DNA from: Thermoanaerobaculia bacterium
GTDB lineage: Bacteria > Acidobacteriota > Thermoanaerobaculia > Multivoradales > JAGPDF01
Length of the DNA: 64,000 nucleotides
Reading direction: 5' to 3'
Assembly: GCA_031403995.1 (NCBI GenBank)
Contig: JANNGS010000042.1
Coordinates: 4,173 to 68,172, forward strand
In this document: one piece after another, positions 40,104-49,522 of the stretch
Position numbering within the stretch: position 1 is the first letter of the stretch
Layout of the letters: each line of letters opens with the position of its first letter
Notes under the pieces: model-generated
Database searches by the model: none
Told to the model about the DNA's origin: nothing
The model's input: the letters and a program-made list of their open reading frames with translations, nothing else
Made by a program: the position numbers and the translations under genes

Positions 40104-40904
40104 CTAGAACACGACGTTGCGGACGAAAAACGTCGGCAGGTCGACGCGGCCAGAAACGATGTCTTCGGCCTGGGCGAGCGTCAGCGTGAAGTGTCCGCCA
40201 CGTCCGCCGGCGGGGCCGTCGCAGATCACCTCGAAGGCCTCGATCGTGCCGGGGCGCTTCTCGCGCACGGCGATCAGCGCGCCTGAGCTCGCCTGGAGCG
40301 CGCGAAAGACCTGAGTCTCGGTCGAGGTCTGGAACACCAGGCGCGGCCGGCGGCTGGCCGTCCCCTGCTGCACTTCGAGACTGGTGATGCCGCGTCCGAA
40401 GATGAAGGTGCGGATCTCGGTCGACAGAGCGACGTCGCGCAACGGCGCCTGGCCGGCGTGGTTGGTCTCCGCCCGCTGGCTGGCGGACTGCGCCCCGCTC
40501 GGATCGATCGCGACGGCGCCGGCGGTCGTCGAGCCCTGGGCGGCTGCACGCTGCTCCAGGAGCTCCTTGAGCGTCTGTTTGGCGCGCGGCGGCGGCGCGC
40601 TGTGGGTCAGGTCCGTCGCCTTGCCGTTCTCGATGACGATGGCGTTGCCCAGATCCGTGCGGTTGGCGGCTTCCGTCTTGAAGAAGTCGATCTCTGCCAA
40701 GGCCATGGTCGTCTCGGTGCCGCTCGGCAGCACGAGGATCGCCTTGTCGCCCTGGGCCGTGTATTTCTTCTTGGTGACGATCGAGGTGCCGTCCTTGAGG
40801 TGAACCGTGTAGGCCGCGAGGCTCCCGGCCGAGAGCACACCGAGAAGCGCGAGCCGGACGATGCGGGCGAGCATGGGAGTGCACCGGGTGAGTTGTCTTC
40901 GCAT
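40104..40904 (-). CDS. secreted hypothetical protein
   Basis: Signal peptide MLARIVRLALLGVLSAGSLAAYT. No recognisable domain. Confidence 0.5.
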   Translation of the reverse strand: MRRQLTRCTPMLARIVRLALLGVLSAGSLAAYTVHLKDGTSIVTKKKYTAQGDKAILVLPSGTETTMALAEIDFFKTEAANRTDLGNAIVIENGKATDLTHSAPPPRAKQTLKELLEQRAAAQGSTTAGAVAIDPSGAQSASQRAETNHAGQAPLRDVALSTEIRTFIFGRGITSLEVQQGTASRRPRLVFQTSTETQVFRALQASSGALIAVREKRPGTIEAFEVICDGPAGGRGGHFTLTLAQAEDIVSGRVDLPTFFVRNVVF

Positions 40905-40975
40905 GGGCGTCCGCTCCTCTGCCATGAGAGCGATAGTATAAGAACCGAAGCCTTCGAGGAGGATCTGATCCGCTC

Positions 40976-42118
40976 ATGACACCTGTCCGCCCCGCCCTGC
41001 TCGTGCTGGAAGACGGCTCGGTCTACGAAGGCCGCTCCGTGGCCCGCGGCACGCGCTTCGGGGAGGTGGTCTTCAACACCGCCATGAGCGGCTACCAGGA
41101 GATCCTCACCGACCCCTCCTACCGTGGCCAGATCGTGGTCATGACGCAGCCGCACATCGGCAACTACGGCATGAACCGCGCCAGCGCGGAGTCGGGCCGC
41201 ATCTGGGTCGAAGGGTTCATTGCCCGCCAGTTCACCGCCGAGCCCTCGAGCTTCGACAGCGAGAGCGGCCTCGTCGCCGAGCTCCAGACGAGCGGCGTCC
41301 CGGCGCTCGACGGCATCGACACCCGGGCACTGGTGCGCAAACTCCGCGACCGCGGCGCCTTGCGCGGCGTGGTCACCTCGGAACGCAGCGATGTCGCCGC
41401 GCTCCTCGCCGAGGTGCGGGAGTTCCCGGTCATGACCGGGCGCGCCCTGGTCGACGAGGTCACCTGCGCCGCCCCCCATGACCTGGACGTCGACCCCGGC
41501 GTCGAGGAGGTCTGCCACCTGGCGGTCCTCGACTTCGGGATCAAGCGCAACATCCTGCGCTCGCTCACGGCACGCGGCGCGCGGCTCACGGTGCTGCCGG
41601 CCCGGACGCCGGCGGCGACGGTCTTCGCCCTGGGTGTCGACGGCGTCGTGCTTTCGAACGGACCGGGAGACCCGGAGCCGCTCCTCGACGTGATCGCGGC
41701 GGTGCGCGGGATCGTCGACGCCGGCCTCCCGACCTTCGGCATCTGCCTCGGACATCAGCTGCTCGGCCTGGCGATGGGCGGGCGGACGTTCAAGCTCAAA
41801 TTCGGTCACCATGGCGGCAATCAGCCGGTCGTCGACCTCGCCACCCGGGCGGTGACGATCACCAGCCAGAACCACGGCTTCGCGGTCGATCCGGATTCGC
41901 TCCCCGACGGCTGCGTCGCCACCGAGATCAACCTGAACGACGGTACGCTCGAGGCGTTCGCGGTCCCCGGCCGGCCGATCCTCTCGGTGCAGTACCACCC
42001 CGAGGCGGCTCCCGGCCCGCACGACGCCAGCCCGCTCTTCGGCCGCTTCCTCGATCTCGTGGTGACTCGAGAGCACGGTGCCGACACCGCCGACACCGCC
42101 CGCACCGCCCGGGCGTGA
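40976..42118 (+). CDS. carA: carbamoyl-phosphate synthase small subunit
   Basis: CarA N-terminal and GATase (GICLGHQLL...HGGNQPV) pattern. Confidence 0.9.
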   Translation: MTPVRPALLVLEDGSVYEGRSVARGTRFGEVVFNTAMSGYQEILTDPSYRGQIVVMTQPHIGNYGMNRASAESGRIWVEGFIARQFTAEPSSFDSESGLVAELQTSGVPALDGIDTRALVRKLRDRGALRGVVTSERSDVAALLAEVREFPVMTGRALVDEVTCAAPHDLDVDPGVEEVCHLAVLDFGIKRNILRSLTARGARLTVLPARTPAATVFALGVDGVVLSNGPGDPEPLLDVIAAVRGIVDAGLPTFGICLGHQLLGLAMGGRTFKLKFGHHGGNQPVVDLATRAVTITSQNHGFAVDPDSLPDGCVATEINLNDGTLEAFAVPGRPILSVQYHPEAAPGPHDASPLFGRFLDLVVTREHGADTADTARTARA

Positions 42119-43389
42119 CCAGCCCACCGCAGGACACTCCGGCGCTGACACCGGATGCGTCGCCGCCACCGGCTCCGACACCGTTGGCGGGGCCGCTCCT
42201 CTACGCGCTGGCGCTGCGCTTCCTGCGCGGCCGGGGGAGCCGGCTGCTCTCTTCGACGGCAATGGCGGCACTCGCGGCCTCGACCCTCGGCGTCACCGCC
42301 ATGGGCGTCGCGATGGCGCTGATGACCGGCTACCAGGGCGACCTGCAGAAGAAGCTGGTCGGCGCCAACGCCGCCGTCATGGTCTATCCGCCGCTCGAGC
42401 TCGAGCGCAGCACTCGCGGAGCTCGGCTGGCGGAGGCGATCGGCCGGCTGCCCGAAGTCACCCGGGTCGATCGCGTCGCTTACGTGCAGGGAGTCATGGC
42501 GACCGGTCGAAGCGAGGCGGAAGTGACGCTGCGCGGGGCCTCCCCGGACGCCGGCCTGCTGAGCGCGACGCCCGCCCAGTTGGCGGCCGACGCCGACGGC
42601 ATCCCGGGCGTGGTGCTGGGGGTCGACCTGGCGCACGATCTCGGGGTCGCTCCCGGCGATCGCCTGCGGCTGGTAGTGGTCGCGGTCGGCGGAGGCGCGC
42701 CGAAGTTCGTCTACCGGACGTTGCGCTTCGCCGGGACCTTTTCGACCGGCTTCGCCGAGTTCGACCGCGAGTGGGCGGTGACCGCGCGCGAAACCGTCGC
42801 GGCACTCTCGCCGGACGGAATGGAGAGCCTGGAGGTGGTGATCGCCGACCTCGATCGCGGCCCCGCGGTCGCCGAGGCGATCCGGGCGCAGGCGCCCGAC
42901 GGCACGCTGGTGACCGACTGGAAGGAGCTGAACCGCGAGCTCTTCGCGGCGCTCGCGCTGCAGAAGGCGGCGCTCTTTCTGCTCCTCGGCCTGATCGTCC
43001 TGGTCTCGACCTTCAACGTGGCGTCGAGTCTGGTGGTGCTGGTCCGCGAGCGGCGGCGGGACCTCGGGGTCCTGGCCGCCCTCGGCCTCGCGCCGGAGAG
43101 CATGCGCTGGGTCTTCCTGCTCTACGGCGGGGCTCTCGGGTTGGTCGGGACGCTGGCCGGACTGGCGCTCGCTGGGACGATCTCCTGGGTGGCCGACCGC
43201 TTCGAGCTGGTGAGCTTCGGGCCGGAGATCGCCGAGATTTACTTCCTGCGCGCGGTGCCGTTCAAACTGGCGCTCGCCGACGCCGCGCTCATCGGCGCCT
43301 TCACTCTCGGGGTGACGCTTCTTTCCTGCTGGCTGCCTTCGCGCCGCGCCCTCACCCTCGACCCCTCCGCCGCCCTGCGCTACGAGTAG
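42115..43389 (+). CDS. lipoprotein-releasing system permease (LolC/LolE family, FtsX-like)
   Basis: 424 aa. 4 TM helices with large periplasmic loop. LolC/E-type pattern. Confidence 0.8.
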   Translation: MTSPPQDTPALTPDASPPPAPTPLAGPLLYALALRFLRGRGSRLLSSTAMAALAASTLGVTAMGVAMALMTGYQGDLQKKLVGANAAVMVYPPLELERSTRGARLAEAIGRLPEVTRVDRVAYVQGVMATGRSEAEVTLRGASPDAGLLSATPAQLAADADGIPGVVLGVDLAHDLGVAPGDRLRLVVVAVGGGAPKFVYRTLRFAGTFSTGFAEFDREWAVTARETVAALSPDGMESLEVVIADLDRGPAVAEAIRAQAPDGTLVTDWKELNRELFAALALQKAALFLLLGLIVLVSTFNVASSLVVLVRERRRDLGVLAALGLAPESMRWVFLLYGGALGLVGTLAGLALAGTISWVADRFELVSFGPEIAEIYFLRAVPFKLALADAALIGAFTLGVTLLSCWLPSRRALTLDPSAALRYE

Positions 43390-43424
43390 CGGTCGCGCCG
43401 CTCTCACGCGGACAGACGGGCGTC

Positions 43425-43447
43425 GGGGGGGCCTTTGGGGCCCCCCC
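43425..43447 (+). terminator. GC-rich hairpin (GGGGGGGCC-uuug-GGGCCCCCCC) 36 nt after the lolC/E stop; second hairpin at 43504-43521
   Basis: Read directly. Perfect 9-bp G/C stem. No downstream U tract. Confidence 0.35.
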
Positions 43448-43673
43448 GGCTCGGGGGGATCGCGCGGCTCGATGCGAGCGCGGAGTGGGAGGACGGCGAC
43501 GAACGGAACGGCTTCGTTCCGGCGGCGGGGATCCCGGATCCGGAAGCGGACGCTCCCGGTGGCTCCCCGGCGGGAAGAGCGGCTCGCAAGCCTCTCTTTT
43601 TCTACATCTAGTCATACGGAAGCGAGGCCGTTTGGGTTTGAACGGTCCCTGACTTGATACATTCCGCTGCTGC

Positions 43674-45797
43674 ATGACTTCCTTCTGGTCCGAGATCGTC
43701 CGCCGGTTGCGCCGGCTCTTTCGGCGGGTCGAATTCCAGGTCTCGCGGCGGTTCGCCCTGTCGACGCGGGAGGACCGGATCTTCTTCGCCCTGGTGCCGA
43801 CGGTGGGTCTGGTCGCGGGCGGGCTCGCGGTCATCGTCCAGCGGCTCTCCGAGGGGTTGCGGGTGCTGCTTTGGGGTTATACCCCGACTTTCGAGTTCGC
43901 CGTGCGGACGGGGCTCTCGGGCTGGCGAGTGCTTCTCGCCCTCGTTACCGGCGGCGTCCTGGTGGCGATTCTGCAGCGGCTCGCCAAGGCGCCGCTCGCC
44001 TCGCACGGGGTGTCGAGTCTGGTCGAGGCGGTCGCACTTCACGGCGGGCGGCTGTCGGTCAAGCCGGTGCTCTACTCGGCGGCGGCGGCGATCGCCACCG
44101 TCGGCTCCGGCGGTTCCCTCGGCCGCGAGGGGCCGATGCTGCGCCTGGGCGCCGCGGTTTCCTCCTGGCTCGGTCAGCGCTTCGGGCTGTCGTCGCGCCG
44201 GCTCAAGATCCTGTTGGGTTGCGGCACCGCGGCCGGCTTCGCGGCGGCGTTCAACGTGCCGATCGGCGGCTCGCTCTTCGCGATGGAGGTCGTCCTCGGG
44301 AGCTTCGCGCTCGAGATCTTCGGCCCGATCGTCGTCGCGGCGGTGCTCGCGACGCTGCTCTCGCGCGCCGCCGAGAGCGCCGCGCCGATCTATCCGCTCG
44401 AGGGTTACGCGCTCGCCAGCCCGTGGGAGATCGGCTTCCATTTCGGCCTCGGGCTGGTCGGCGCCGTGGCGGCGGTCGCCTTCGTCCTCGGCGTGCGGCT
44501 CTTCGCCCGCCTCTTCCGCAAGGTGGCGGTGGTGCCGGAGGGGCTGCTGCCGGTCGTTGGCCTCGCCCTCCTCGCTGGCCTCGGCTTCTTCTGGCCGGAG
44601 GTGCTCGGGAACGGCTTCTCGACCATCACCTCGGCGCTGCGAGAGCAGTTCCCCTGGCGGCTCCTGGCGCTCCTTGCCGGACTCAAGCTCATCGCCACCG
44701 CGCTCACCGCCGGCAGCGGCTGCCCGGGCGGCCACTTCACGCCCTCGCTCTGCTTCGGGGCCTTGGTCGGCGGGGCTTACGGCGAGCTCGTCCACACGGC
44801 CTTTCCGAACGCCACCGCCTCTTCGGGCTCGTATGCCGCCGTCGGGATGGCGGCGGTCGCCGCGGGAAGCTCGCACGCGCCGCTCTCGGCGATCCTGATC
44901 CTCTTCGAGCTCACCGGGAACTACGACCTCATCCTGCCGCTGATGATCGCCGCGATCGTCTCCAGCATGGTCGCCAAGCGCCTCTATCCGTACTCGATCT
45001 ACACCGAGCCGCTCGAGCGCCGCGGCGTCGAGCTGTCGTGGCGGATGGAGGAGGCGGCGCTCGCCGGCCTGCGCGTCGAGGATCTGCTGCGCGAAGACGG
45101 CGAGACCCTGCTGCCGACCGCGACCTACGCCGAAGTGGTCGAGCGCTTCCTCGGTACCAAACGGCACCGCCTCTTCGTGGTCGATGCCGACCGCAGGCTC
45201 ATGGGCCTCGTCTCGCTGCACGACATCAAGCATGCGCTGCGCGAGACCGAGTCGCTGGCGGTGAAGACGGCGAGCGACCTGATGACGCCGGCGACCACAA
45301 CCCTCGGGGTCGCCGACCGCCTGCACCGCGTGGCGGAGGATTTCGCGCGCAGCGACTTCGAACGTCTGCCGGTGCTGGGGGAGGACGGCCGTTTCCGCGG
45401 CGTGGTCGCCAAGCGCGACCTGCTGGCGGTCTACGCCCAGGAGGTGCTGGGCCGGCCGGCGGTGCTGTCGACTTTCGTGGCGAGCGACGACCAGCCGGGC
45501 TCGCGCGGCACCGCGGTGGAGCTGCCCCCGGACTTCGCGCTGCGCTCGATCGCGGCGACCGAGGAGCTCGCCGGCCGCACGCTCGCCGAGTGCTCCCTGC
45601 CGCAGCGCTACGCCGTGCGGGTGATCGAGATCAAGCGCCCGGGGCCGGCCGGACCAGAGTGGATCGTCCCCGACGCCACGACCGTCGTCGGCTACGGCGA
45701 CGAGCTCGTCGTGCTCGGACCGACCAAGCGCGTCGAGGCGCTCGCCGCCGGGCGCTTCGACCAGCCGATCGACCCGATCGGCTCCGGCGGCGGATGA
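43674..45797 (+). CDS. ClC family voltage-gated chloride channel with C-terminal CBS pair and TrkA-C-like domain
   Basis: GSGGSLGREGP and GxFxP selectivity motifs. Two CBS domains. C-terminal RCK_C-like segment. Confidence 0.85.
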   Translation: MTSFWSEIVRRLRRLFRRVEFQVSRRFALSTREDRIFFALVPTVGLVAGGLAVIVQRLSEGLRVLLWGYTPTFEFAVRTGLSGWRVLLALVTGGVLVAILQRLAKAPLASHGVSSLVEAVALHGGRLSVKPVLYSAAAAIATVGSGGSLGREGPMLRLGAAVSSWLGQRFGLSSRRLKILLGCGTAAGFAAAFNVPIGGSLFAMEVVLGSFALEIFGPIVVAAVLATLLSRAAESAAPIYPLEGYALASPWEIGFHFGLGLVGAVAAVAFVLGVRLFARLFRKVAVVPEGLLPVVGLALLAGLGFFWPEVLGNGFSTITSALREQFPWRLLALLAGLKLIATALTAGSGCPGGHFTPSLCFGALVGGAYGELVHTAFPNATASSGSYAAVGMAAVAAGSSHAPLSAILILFELTGNYDLILPLMIAAIVSSMVAKRLYPYSIYTEPLERRGVELSWRMEEAALAGLRVEDLLREDGETLLPTATYAEVVERFLGTKRHRLFVVDADRRLMGLVSLHDIKHALRETESLAVKTASDLMTPATTTLGVADRLHRVAEDFARSDFERLPVLGEDGRFRGVVAKRDLLAVYAQEVLGRPAVLSTFVASDDQPGSRGTAVELPPDFALRSIAATEELAGRTLAECSLPQRYAVRVIEIKRPGPAGPEWIVPDATTVVGYGDELVVLGPTKRVEALAAGRFDQPIDPIGSGGG

Positions 45798-46051
45798 GCG
45801 ATCCGCCGCCAGCACCTGAGTCCCCGGAAGCCCCGATGCCTCCTGTGACTCCGATGACTCCGGACGTCACCCGGCTGCTGGCGGCGGCGGGACTCTGCGG
45901 CCGTTGCCGGCACGCCCAAGTGCTGCGCTCGAAGCGCAGCACCTTCCTGCGCTGCGCGCTCGCCGACCAGGACCCGCGCTTTGCGCGCTATCCTGGGCTG
46001 CCGGTGCTGCAATGTGCGGGATTCAAGACCACGACCGCCGGGCAGCCCTGA
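45794..46051 (+). CDS. small Cys4 hypothetical protein
   Basis: ATG overlaps the ClC stop (ATGA). 85 aa, Pro-rich N-terminus, then CGRC-x17-C-x19-C. High GC3. Confidence 0.3.
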   Translation: MSDPPPAPESPEAPMPPVTPMTPDVTRLLAAAGLCGRCRHAQVLRSKRSTFLRCALADQDPRFARYPGLPVLQCAGFKTTTAGQP

Positions 46052-46106
46052 AACCGGGCTCCCAGCGCCTGAAGCGTTTGCGGGCCAGGGACCTGTGCGG
46101 GGCCCT

Positions 46107-46766
46107 CTACTCGGTGTCTTCGGGTAGATCGACCATGCGGTGGCGCAGGGCGTAGCCCACGGCTTCGGCACGGTTGTTCAGGTGGAGCTTCTCGAGGATG
46201 TTGCGCAGGTGGAACTTGACCGTGTTCTCGCTCACGTTCAACTCCTTGGCGAGCTTGCGGTTGGAGGTCACGCCGCGCACCAGGAGCTCGAGCACCTCGC
46301 GTTCGCGCTCGGTCAGGTCGTCGGGATGGCGCTCCTTCTCGGTCGTGCGCCGTGGCTGCGCGAACTCCGCCAGCACCCGGCGGGCGAGCCCCGGCGTGAG
46401 CGCCGGCTCGCCGCGGGTGACGCCGTCGAGCAGCGCGAAGAAGCTCGCCGACTCGAGGTTCTTCTGCATGTACCCCTGCGCCCCCGACTTGATCGCCTCG
46501 AACAGCGGCGCGTCGTCTTCGGAGGCGGTGAGCACCACCACCTTGACCTCGGGGGCCTCGGCCTTGAGCAGGCGGGTGGCGGCGATGCCGTCGAGCTCCG
46601 GCATCGACAGGTCCATGAGGACGACGTCCGGGCGCAGGCGCTTGGCGAGCTCGACAGCCTCCTTGCCGTTGCGCGCCTCGCCGACGACTTCGTGACCCCG
46701 GCTCTCGAGGAGGCTCTTCAGGCTGTCACGAAACAGGGCGTGATCGTCTGCGATGAGGATTCTCAT
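46107..46766 (-). CDS. LuxR/NarL-family response regulator
   Basis: REC domain (ILIADDH...VVLMDLSMPELDG) plus LuxR HTH (TEREREVLELLVRGVTSNRKLAKELNVSENTVKFHLRNIL). Confidence 0.9.
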   Translation of the reverse strand: MRILIADDHALFRDSLKSLLESRGHEVVGEARNGKEAVELAKRLRPDVVLMDLSMPELDGIAATRLLKAEAPEVKVVVLTASEDDAPLFEAIKSGAQGYMQKNLESASFFALLDGVTRGEPALTPGLARRVLAEFAQPRRTTEKERHPDDLTEREREVLELLVRGVTSNRKLAKELNVSENTVKFHLRNILEKLHLNNRAEAVGYALRHRMVDLPEDTE

Positions 46767-48184
46767 GGTGCCTCCCGGGAGTCTATAGGAGTCGGAAGTC
46801 TAAACGTCCACTGGGTCCCCTGGCCAGGGGCGGTCCGGAGCTCGACTTTGGCGCCGATGCTCTCCGCCCGCTCGCGGATGGTCAGCAGCCCGAAGTGCGG
46901 GAACTCGCCGCGCGGAGGAATCGTCGGGTCGAAGCCGGCGCCGTCGTCGGCGACCCGGAGCTCGAGCCCGCTCGGCAGCTGGCGCAGGCGCACCTCGACC
47001 CGGCTGGCGCGAGAGTGCTTGCGGGCGTTGGCGAGCGCCTCCTGGGTCATGCGCAGCAGCTGCAGCTCGGCGCCGGGAGTGAGGATGGGCGCCCCTTCGG
47101 CGACGAAGGTGGCGTCGATGCCGGTCTCGGTCTCCCACTTCTCGACGAAGGTCGCGAGGGCCGCCCCGAAGTCGACGTCCGGATCGGCGGCCAGCCGGAG
47201 GCCGACGATGCCTTCGCGGACGTCGGAGTAGACCTCGCGCGCGGCCGCCGCGAGCTGGTCGAGCTGGGCGTCGGCCTCCGGGATCCGGCCCCCGCGCAGG
47301 TACCCCTGGACCGCCTGCGCCTTGGTGTTGACGTAGGCCAGTACCTGGGCGAGCCCGTCGTGCATCTCGTGCGCCAGGCGCAGGCGCTCCTCGGCGACGG
47401 CGAGCTCGCCGGTACGGCGATGCATCTCGGCGTTGTCGATGGCGATCGCCGCGCTCACCGCGAAGCGCTCCAGGGTCTCCTGGTCGTTCCTGTCGAAGGC
47501 GCCGCCGTCGAGCTTGTCGCTCAGGTAGAGGTTGCCGCGGAACGGCAGCTTGGACGGGATCGGCACGGCGAGGAGCGACTTCATCGGCGGATGGTGGGCC
47601 GGGAAGCCGGCGCTTTGCGGGTGCCCGGCGAGATCGGCGACGCGCAACGAGTGGCCGTGGTGGAGGGGGAGGCCGAGCAGACCCCGGCCGATCGGTGGAG
47701 CGCCGATCGCGCGGCGCTGCTGCGGTTCGATCCCCGAGGTGATGAACGACACAATGCCGCCGTTCTCGCTCATGACAGAGAGGGCGCCGTAGCGGGTGGC
47801 GATGAGCATCCGTGCCTGATCGACGACAACCTGCAGGACGACCTCCTCAGAAAGCTCGGAAAAGATCAGCAACCCGGCCTGACGGAGGGCGGCGAGCTCC
47901 CGGTTCCGGCGCTCGAGCTGGGAGTGGAAGCGCTCGATGACGTCGAAGACGCCGCCGAGGAGAAAAAGCGTGGTGATGAGGACGAAGGCGTCGAGCACAA
48001 GGTTGCCTCCCCACCCCGAAAGGTAGGGAAAGAGTGCATGCCGCGCCGACTCCAGAACGAGCACGAAGGCCACCGCAGCCGCCAGGGCGATCCACTTCAG
48101 GCGCCGGATCGTGAGCGGCCGTTGAACGTCGCTCTCGTCGAGCGCCGGAGGGGGCGGGGGGATGGGAGGGGGCGGGAAGGTCAC
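46763..48184 (-). CDS. sensor histidine kinase (TM, GAF, HisKA_3, HATPase; NarX/DegS type)
   Basis: GTG at 48184 (GTGA overlap with the upstream small gene). H-box RLAHEMHDGLAQVLAY. GAF-like middle. C-terminal HATPase (ADDGAGFD). Confidence 0.75.
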   Translation of the reverse strand: MTFPPPPIPPPPPALDESDVQRPLTIRRLKWIALAAAVAFVLVLESARHALFPYLSGWGGNLVLDAFVLITTLFLLGGVFDVIERFHSQLERRNRELAALRQAGLLIFSELSEEVVLQVVVDQARMLIATRYGALSVMSENGGIVSFITSGIEPQQRRAIGAPPIGRGLLGLPLHHGHSLRVADLAGHPQSAGFPAHHPPMKSLLAVPIPSKLPFRGNLYLSDKLDGGAFDRNDQETLERFAVSAAIAIDNAEMHRRTGELAVAEERLRLAHEMHDGLAQVLAYVNTKAQAVQGYLRGGRIPEADAQLDQLAAAAREVYSDVREGIVGLRLAADPDVDFGAALATFVEKWETETGIDATFVAEGAPILTPGAELQLLRMTQEALANARKHSRASRVEVRLRQLPSGLELRVADDGAGFDPTIPPRGEFPHFGLLTIRERAESIGAKVELRTAPGQGTQWTFRLPTPIDSREAP

Positions 48185-48384
48185 TCGCGATGGGATCCGA
48201 TACGCAGAAGAGCGTATATCGGATCCCAGCCGAGAGCGCCTGTCACCAGGGGTACCCAGGCGAATAGCAATAGAGCGACGCGGAAGATGCCGTCCACAGC
48301 GCCGGCGGAGGCGAAGAGAATCATCAGTATCCCGGTCAGGATGCGCAGGATTCGGTCCCAGCTGGCGAGGTTTTTCGAGGACAT
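48181..48384 (-). CDS. DUF2892 (YgaP-like) small membrane protein
   Basis: MSSKNLASWDRILRILTGILMILFASAGAVDGIFRVALLLFAWVPLVTGALGWDPIYALL, the characteristic DUF2892 pattern. Internal start of ORF 48181..48603. Confidence 0.55.
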   Translation of the reverse strand: MSSKNLASWDRILRILTGILMILFASAGAVDGIFRVALLLFAWVPLVTGALGWDPIYALLRIGSHRE

Positions 48385-48521
48385 TGGGCGGTTGCGCCTC
48401 CCCGGGGAGCGGCGTAGGCGGACCTTGATGCAAGCGCGCCCGCATGAGAACCCCGGATCGGGTGGCCTACCGACCGCCCGCAGGGGTGGGAACTCCCAGG
48501 GCGCGGTAGACTCCAGGTGAC

Positions 48522-49499
48522 ATGTCCGGTCGAACGTCGGTCCGCTCTCCGGAAGGTGAATTTTCGTCCGCGCCGGACCCTCGCCGGACCCCACCGCCCC
48601 CACGGCCCCCTGCGCCCCGTGCGACCCCTGCAGTCGACGCGGTCGGAATCGAGGAGCGCGTCGCGGCGCTCGGCAAGCGATCGATCAAGAAAGAGTCCAA
48701 ACGCGCCGGCATCCGTCTGGCGATCTCGATGATCGACTTGACCACCCTCGAAGGGAAGGACTCCGAGGGCAAAGTCCTGCAGCTCTGCCAGAAAGCGCGC
48801 CATCCGCTGCCGGGCGACGCCAGCGTTGGGCCGGTCGCTGCCGTCTGCGTCTACCCCAACTTCGTGGCGGTCGCCCGGCGGGGCCTCGCCGGAACCGCGA
48901 TTCGGGTCGCCTCGGTGGCGACCGGCTTCCCGTCGGGGCTCGTGCCGCTGGCGATCAAGCTCGACGAAACGCGGCGGGCGGTCGAGGCCGGAGCCGACGA
49001 GGTCGACATGGTCATCGACCGCGGCGCCTTCCTCTCGGGGGAGTTCGCCCGGGTCTCCGAGGAGATTGCCGCCGTCAAGGAGGCCTGCGGGGGGGCGCAC
49101 CTCAAGGTGATCCTCGAGACCGGCGAGCTCCTGACCTACGACAACGTCCGCCGGGCGTCGGACCTGGCGATTGCCGCGGGTGCGGACTTCATCAAGACCT
49201 CAACCGGCAAGATCCAGCCGGCAGCGACCCCGGCCGTCGTCCTGGTGATGCTCGAGGCGATCCGCGACCATTTTCTCGCCACCGGCCGCAGGATCGGCAT
49301 GAAGCCCGCCGGGGGCGTGCGGACGACGAAGCAGGCGCTGCATATGCTCGTGCTGGTGAAGGAGACGCTGGGCGATGCCTGGCTCACCCCCGACCTCTTC
49401 CGCATCGGGGCGTCGACCCTGACCAACGACCTTCTCATGCAGCTGGTGAAGGAGTCGACCGGCGCCTACCAGAGCGCGGACTACTTCTCCAAAGACTGA
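48522..49499 (+). CDS. deoC: deoxyribose-phosphate aldolase (long DeoC type)
   Basis: LTTLEG...ADFIKTSTGK (Schiff-base Lys region) pattern. Pro-rich N-terminal extension. Confidence 0.8.
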   Translation: MSGRTSVRSPEGEFSSAPDPRRTPPPPRPPAPRATPAVDAVGIEERVAALGKRSIKKESKRAGIRLAISMIDLTTLEGKDSEGKVLQLCQKARHPLPGDASVGPVAAVCVYPNFVAVARRGLAGTAIRVASVATGFPSGLVPLAIKLDETRRAVEAGADEVDMVIDRGAFLSGEFARVSEEIAAVKEACGGAHLKVILETGELLTYDNVRRASDLAIAAGADFIKTSTGKIQPAATPAVVLVMLEAIRDHFLATGRRIGMKPAGGVRTTKQALHMLVLVKETLGDAWLTPDLFRIGASTLTNDLLMQLVKESTGAYQSADYFSKD

Positions 49500-49522
49500 G
49501 ACAGTGGCGCTCTCGCGGCGCT

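Noticed and set aside
43560-43673. Possible fluoride riboswitch upstream of the ClC gene
   Set aside because: I could not find the crcB-motif conserved core by eye. This channel is a long CBS-containing ClC rather than a short ClC-F type.
43608-46051. ORFs 43608..45815 (-) and 43871..46051 (+) spanning the ClC gene
   Set aside because: Wrong-frame/antisense products of the ClC coding region. Only the final 85 codons of the + frame after the ClC stop were kept as a tentative small gene.
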